Of a stretch of 39,820 nucleotides of DNA, positions 35,980 through 39,820 are shown in pieces. The stretch covers positions 1-39,820 of the forward strand of contig CAZDTP010000036.1 of the NCBI GenBank assembly GCA_964508365.1, given 5' to 3'. The notes beneath the pieces are model-generated. The model was not told the origin of the DNA. It did not search any database and worked only from the letters and a program-made list of their open reading frames with translations. The position numbers were made by a program, and so were the translations under genes. Position 1 is the first letter of the stretch. Each line of letters begins with the position of its first letter. The stretch comes from an uncultured archaeon. GTDB taxonomy: Archaea > Asgardarchaeota > Lokiarchaeia > Sigyniarchaeales > SOKP01.

Positions 35980-36675
35980 ATGACCAAAAGAATACTTTTT
36001 ATTGGTGATAGCATCACTGAGGGAAAAATAGGAATCGGATATGTTGATATAATTCAACAGAAATTCCCTGATTCGAAGTGTATAAATAGTGGACGCGGTG
36101 GTGATACCCTCTATGGAATCTTTACGAGACTTTTAAAAATTTTGAAAACGTATACTGAAAAATATGACATTATAGTAATTGAAGCCGGTCACAACGATCT
36201 TTTCTTACCTTATCTCAAAAAAAAGTGGAATTTCACAAGTATTAGAAAAGTAACTCCATTAAACAAGATAAAAGACTTTTATGATAATGGATTAAGAGCG
36301 ATAAGTTTACATAGCAAAGCAATGAAGATAATAACTACTTTAAGTTGCTTAGGAGAAGACGTAAATTCTCCGCTAAACCAAAAAAGAAGATTAGTAAATG
36401 ATCAGATTAAGGAAGTCGGCTCTAAACATGGCGCATATATAGCTGATGTGAGTCCATTCTTTGATAAGATACTAAAAAAATGCATTTCGAGTTATAATCT
36501 AAGGGATCATCCTTTAAACTTAGTTTTCGATTATTTCAGATCAAAAAGAATGAACTGGGCAGAAAGTATAAGCAGGAAAAGAGGGTTGGTGTTGACTATA
36601 GATGGTGGACACCTCAATAGCAAAGGTGCGATAATATATGCTAGAGAAATATCCCGAATTTTAGATATGCTCTAA
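35980..36675 (+). CDS. SGNH/GDSL hydrolase (esterase/lipase)
   Basis: Blocks FIGDSITEG, SGRGGDT, EAGHND, DGGHLN. Confidence 0.92.
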   Translation: MTKRILFIGDSITEGKIGIGYVDIIQQKFPDSKCINSGRGGDTLYGIFTRLLKILKTYTEKYDIIVIEAGHNDLFLPYLKKKWNFTSIRKVTPLNKIKDFYDNGLRAISLHSKAMKIITTLSCLGEDVNSPLNQKRRLVNDQIKEVGSKHGAYIADVSPFFDKILKKCISSYNLRDHPLNLVFDYFRSKRMNWAESISRKRGLVLTIDGGHLNSKGAIIYAREISRILDML

Positions 36676-36735
36676 CCGTGAAAAAGTTGAAAAATTTGGT
36701 TAAAAGAAAATAGTTTGAAGATATAAATAGAGAGG

Positions 36736-38178
36736 TTATAAATTCCTTGAAGTAATAGATTCTAATTCCCTAGAAATTGTATCATCAATAGGTCTTAAAG
36801 AACCTTTCTTAGCGAGTTTAGTCGCCTGCTCCTTTGCTCTTTTTCTTGCCGACTTAGAGCCATTTTCTTTCCAAGCGTCTCGAGACAAGCGATCTATTAC
36901 AGGACTCACTAGAAAAAGCTCTTTTCTAAAAAGCTTTAAAGTCGTTGGATGCGAGAGTAATTCCTCTTTTTCATTGTAGTCCTTTAAAATCTCAGAAGCG
37001 AAAGGAGTACCGTGATCTTCTACCCCTCTTAGAAGTCGTTTTACCATTCCGATAATTTCGTTGTCGATTATTAATTTTTCTATGCTTTGTGTCGATTCAA
37101 AATCTAACATACCCGCTCCGGAAATCATGTTTACTCCTGCAAGTCCTGCTAAAAGAGCCCCCATACCCCCTTCGAATCCTGCTTGTGCGTCTGGGACTTT
37201 GGAATCGCTTAAACCCATATACGCGTGAGTAGGTAGATTCAAAAAAGATCCCATTTCGACATCCCCTAAGTTAATCATCATTGTCTCAATTGCTCCCATT
37301 GGAGTTGTGCCTTGCTTCATATCTAATATTGCGGGTGATCCTCCCCATATCAAAGGAGCTCCCGTTTTTGCAAGCTGTCCAATTACAACCCCCGCTAAGC
37401 ATTCCGCAGAGTGTTGTGTTATTGAACCTATTAAGCTTATTGGAGCGCTAGCCCCTGCTAACGGCATAGACACAAACTCAGATGGTATCATACTCTTGGC
37501 GGCATCGATAAGTGATTGAGAAGTTAGGTCTGACCATTTTAGCGGAGGACTAGGACATGCATCAAAGATCGCTAAAGGTTTCCTTGCTAATTCATCTTCT
37601 GATAATCGACAACTTAACAATAACTCTTTCATAATTGAAAAACTTTCCTTTCGAAATGTCCCAGTTACGATTGGTTTATAGCAATTAGATAATGCGATAT
37701 ATAGCCTATGCCAATCTTGTGCCTGCGTGGGGACATCTTGATAAACTATTGCAGTACTTTGAGCCTCGATATACATTAAATGTTCTACTACCTTTGAGAA
37801 ACGTACGAAATCTTTTTCAAACGCATTTCTAGTATCACCTGTATTTTCATCTAGAAATAATATCGCTGCTGAACCAGGATCATAGTGAACATTATCGTTC
37901 GCTAAAGTAATATGCTCTTTTCCCTCTCTATCAAATAGCTTAATCTCATTTGGAACAGTTTTGAGACATCTATCTACTAAATCAGAAGGAATAAAGTATC
38001 GAGGACCCTCGTGATTGACTCCCTCCTTGTTAAATAATTTTTTAGCGTTCTCATTTCCTAAGAATATTCCTAGATTTTCTAAAATATCTTTAGCTTCGTT
38101 GAATATCTTTATTTTATGATCTTCATCTAAAACATTAATTCTTGGTCTTAATATTCCCATCCTAACATACACACTCAC
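36736..38178 (-). CDS. MttB-superfamily (trimethylamine/quaternary-amine):corrinoid methyltransferase, non-pyrrolysine
   Basis: SPPLKW, PLAGASAPIS, YMGLSDSKVPDAQAGFE, GVNMISGAGMLD; continuous ORF with no in-frame TAG; start may be ATG 38160. Confidence 0.9.
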   Translation of the reverse strand: MSVYVRMGILRPRINVLDEDHKIKIFNEAKDILENLGIFLGNENAKKLFNKEGVNHEGPRYFIPSDLVDRCLKTVPNEIKLFDREGKEHITLANDNVHYDPGSAAILFLDENTGDTRNAFEKDFVRFSKVVEHLMYIEAQSTAIVYQDVPTQAQDWHRLYIALSNCYKPIVTGTFRKESFSIMKELLLSCRLSEDELARKPLAIFDACPSPPLKWSDLTSQSLIDAAKSMIPSEFVSMPLAGASAPISLIGSITQHSAECLAGVVIGQLAKTGAPLIWGGSPAILDMKQGTTPMGAIETMMINLGDVEMGSFLNLPTHAYMGLSDSKVPDAQAGFEGGMGALLAGLAGVNMISGAGMLDFESTQSIEKLIIDNEIIGMVKRLLRGVEDHGTPFASEILKDYNEKEELLSHPTTLKLFRKELFLVSPVIDRLSRDAWKENGSKSARKRAKEQATKLAKKGSLRPIDDTISRELESITSRNL

Positions 38179-38184
38179 TTTTGA

Positions 38185-39072
38185 TTAATTTTCTAGTGAA
38201 TCAATAAGTTTTCTTATTTCTTTTATAGTAGCTGGAGACGTTCCACAGCAACCTCCTACGATTTTAGCGCCCAGTTGTATCATTTCTCCTATATCATTTA
38301 CGAAATCCTTTATAGGTTGATCGTAAACCGCTATATTATCACTGTTAATTCTTGGTTGACCTGCGTTAGGTTTTAGAGATATTGGTCTATCAGTAAGATG
38401 TTTCAAATCTTTCATTAAATCAACCATTTGATCGCTTCCTAATGTACAATTTGCGCCAATTACGTCTGCGTCTTGATCTTCCTGAATTTGGACGCACATC
38501 TCTAGAGAATCTCCCATTATCGTATAAAAGCCTTTTTTCGTCTTTTTATAAGTCATAGAACTAATAATAGGTTTTTTTGAAATGATTCTCACTGCTTCCA
38601 ATGCTGCTTTCATCTCTTCAATATCTGACATTGTCTCTATATGCCATAAATCTACTCCAGCTTCTAATAAAGTAGCTTGTTTCTCAAAGCTAGAAATCCA
38701 TTGATCTGGTGATGCTTTTCCAACTGGAGGTCGAAATTCACCAGAGGGACCTATATCGGCAACAATTAAATGATTTGGAGGACATGCTTTTTTTATATTT
38801 TCTAAGCCGCCCAGATTTATTTCTTTGATTCGATCTTCTAGTTTATAATTCTTTAGGTTTATGAAGCTTGACCCAAATGTGTTTGTTTGACACATATCTG
38901 CCCCAGCAATGTAATAAGATTTGTGAATATCAATTATGATATTGGGTTGCTCGATATTGAGCGAATCAGGAAGCTTTCCCGGCTTAATACCGCGTTTAAA
39001 AACTTCTGATCCCATTCCTCCATCAAACAGTATGATTTTAGAACTATCATTTAGCCAATCATGAAATAACAT
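38185..39072 (-). CDS. Stand-alone homocysteine S-methyltransferase domain (split MetH / BHMT-like)
   Basis: LFDGGMGS, QTNTFG, DIGPSG, IETM, Zn ligands in GANC and GGCCGT, KPNAGQP. Confidence 0.92.
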   Translation of the reverse strand: MLFHDWLNDSSKIILFDGGMGSEVFKRGIKPGKLPDSLNIEQPNIIIDIHKSYYIAGADMCQTNTFGSSFINLKNYKLEDRIKEINLGGLENIKKACPPNHLIVADIGPSGEFRPPVGKASPDQWISSFEKQATLLEAGVDLWHIETMSDIEEMKAALEAVRIISKKPIISSMTYKKTKKGFYTIMGDSLEMCVQIQEDQDADVIGANCTLGSDQMVDLMKDLKHLTDRPISLKPNAGQPRINSDNIAVYDQPIKDFVNDIGEMIQLGAKIVGGCCGTSPATIKEIRKLIDSLEN

Positions 39073-39102
39073 AACATACCTCCCTATAAATCGTTTATAA
39101 TA

Positions 39103-39750
39103 TTATTTTTTTAAGAGATTTTTAACTAATTTAACAGCTTCTACAGCACTACTAGCAAATCCATCTGCATTACATTCTTCTGTCCACTCTCGGGTTACTG
39201 GAGCCCCTCCAATAATTACTTTAAAATTATCTCGAATACCTCTTTCCTCTAAGATATCTATAATCTTTTTTTGACCGAACATTGTTGTAGTAAGCAAAGC
39301 GGAAACCCCTATTATGTTCGCATTTTTCTCAACTGCAGTTTCAATGATTTTTTCTGCTGGAATATCTGCCCCTAAATCGTAAACCTCAAAACCATTAGCA
39401 CTTAGCATAGTACCTACGATAGTTTTTCCAATAGAATGAATATCTCCCTCAATCGTAGCAATTACCACAACTCCTAGTGACGCAGAAGTTCCACTCTCTT
39501 TCAAGCTTGGTAATAGAATATCCATCGATTCTTGCATAATATTTCCACCAAGCATTAATTCTGGTAAGAAAAATTCTCCTTCTTCCCACAGGTCGCCAAT
39601 TCTTCGGACACCGTCTCCATAACCTTTTTCAATGACCTCTAGCAAGTTCAATTTTTCAGTAATCGCCCTATTTGCTAGATCAATTGCTTTCTCCTTGTCT
39701 AAATTCACAATTGCGTCAGAAATTTCACCATAAAATTGTTCTTGAGCCAT
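39103..39750 (-). CDS. Corrinoid (B12-binding) methyl-carrier protein, MtbC/MttC-like
   Basis: Cap domain IGDLWEEGEFFLPEL, DxHxxG in EGDIHSIG, GVSALLTTT, IIGGAP; AGGAG upstream of the ATG. Confidence 0.94.
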   Translation of the reverse strand: MAQEQFYGEISDAIVNLDKEKAIDLANRAITEKLNLLEVIEKGYGDGVRRIGDLWEEGEFFLPELMLGGNIMQESMDILLPSLKESGTSASLGVVVIATIEGDIHSIGKTIVGTMLSANGFEVYDLGADIPAEKIIETAVEKNANIIGVSALLTTTMFGQKKIIDILEERGIRDNFKVIIGGAPVTREWTEECNADGFASSAVEAVKLVKNLLKK

Positions 39751-39820
39751 TATAATATCTCCTAAAAACTTTTTACATATAATTTTTACATTATTTTAGT
39801 TAATTAATTAAAATTTCGGA

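Noticed and set aside
4928-37519. Remaining 60-115 aa ORFs in the six-frame track nested in longer genes
   Set aside because: All overlap motif-supported CDSs on the opposite strand or in another frame and show no family signatures.
36736-39750. Methylotrophic methanogenesis or pyrrolysine system
   Set aside because: No in-frame amber codon, no pyl genes, no CoM methyltransferase or mcr genes in the window.
1-39820. CRISPR arrays, tRNA/rRNA genes, IS elements, integrases, defence systems
   Set aside because: No regularly spaced repeats, GC-rich structured RNA segments, terminal inverted repeats or transposase/recombinase motifs were seen by eye; a tRNAscan/Infernal run would be needed to exclude small RNAs formally.

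Overview
AT-rich, gene-dense prokaryotic window (GC roughly low-30s % by eye, not computed) with 33 supportable CDSs. I saw no rRNA, tRNA, CRISPR array or mobile element. The gene content points to an Asgard archaeon, most likely Lokiarchaeia (inference): archaeal Taw2, Trm11-like and cupin-PGI genes, paralogous GPH/MFS transporters, an acyl-CoA synthetase, orphan 7TM proteins, a Rab-like fold and an IFT52-like domain. Layout: (1) 1-8 kb: nth (partial, missed by the ORF track), Trm11-like methyltransferase, an IFT52/GIFT-RHH-SAP protein, HGSNAT/NagX-like protein, MFS, 7TM protein, taw2. (2) 8-14 kb: acyl-CoA ligase, FGGY kinase, class-III PLP enzyme, DUF2804. (3) 14.4-23.6 kb: a co-oriented catabolic cluster joining an atypical glycyl-radical enzyme (GCVD / KVGGY motifs) and its activase to an FGGY kinase, KDPG-type aldolase, UlaG-like lactonase, D-2-hydroxyacid dehydrogenase, cupin isomerase and shikimate-DH-like enzyme, with no conventional dehydratase. 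(4) 23.6-32 kb: head-to-head CrtI/RetSat-like pair, tandem GPH symporters, PIG-L deacetylase, CaCA antiporter, HhH-Zn-ribbon protein. (5) 32.5-36.7 kb: tandem 7TM genes beside a motif-less Rab-like pseudo-GTPase, EamA, SGNH hydrolase. (6) 36.7-39.8 kb: corrinoid protein + homocysteine methyltransferase domain + non-pyrrolysine MttB. Best candidates for undescribed systems: the GRE sugar/polyol cluster, the MttB-corrinoid-Hcy methionine module, the IFT52-like DNA-binding fusion and the 7TM/pseudo-GTPase cluster. All family calls come from motif recognition, not database searches.
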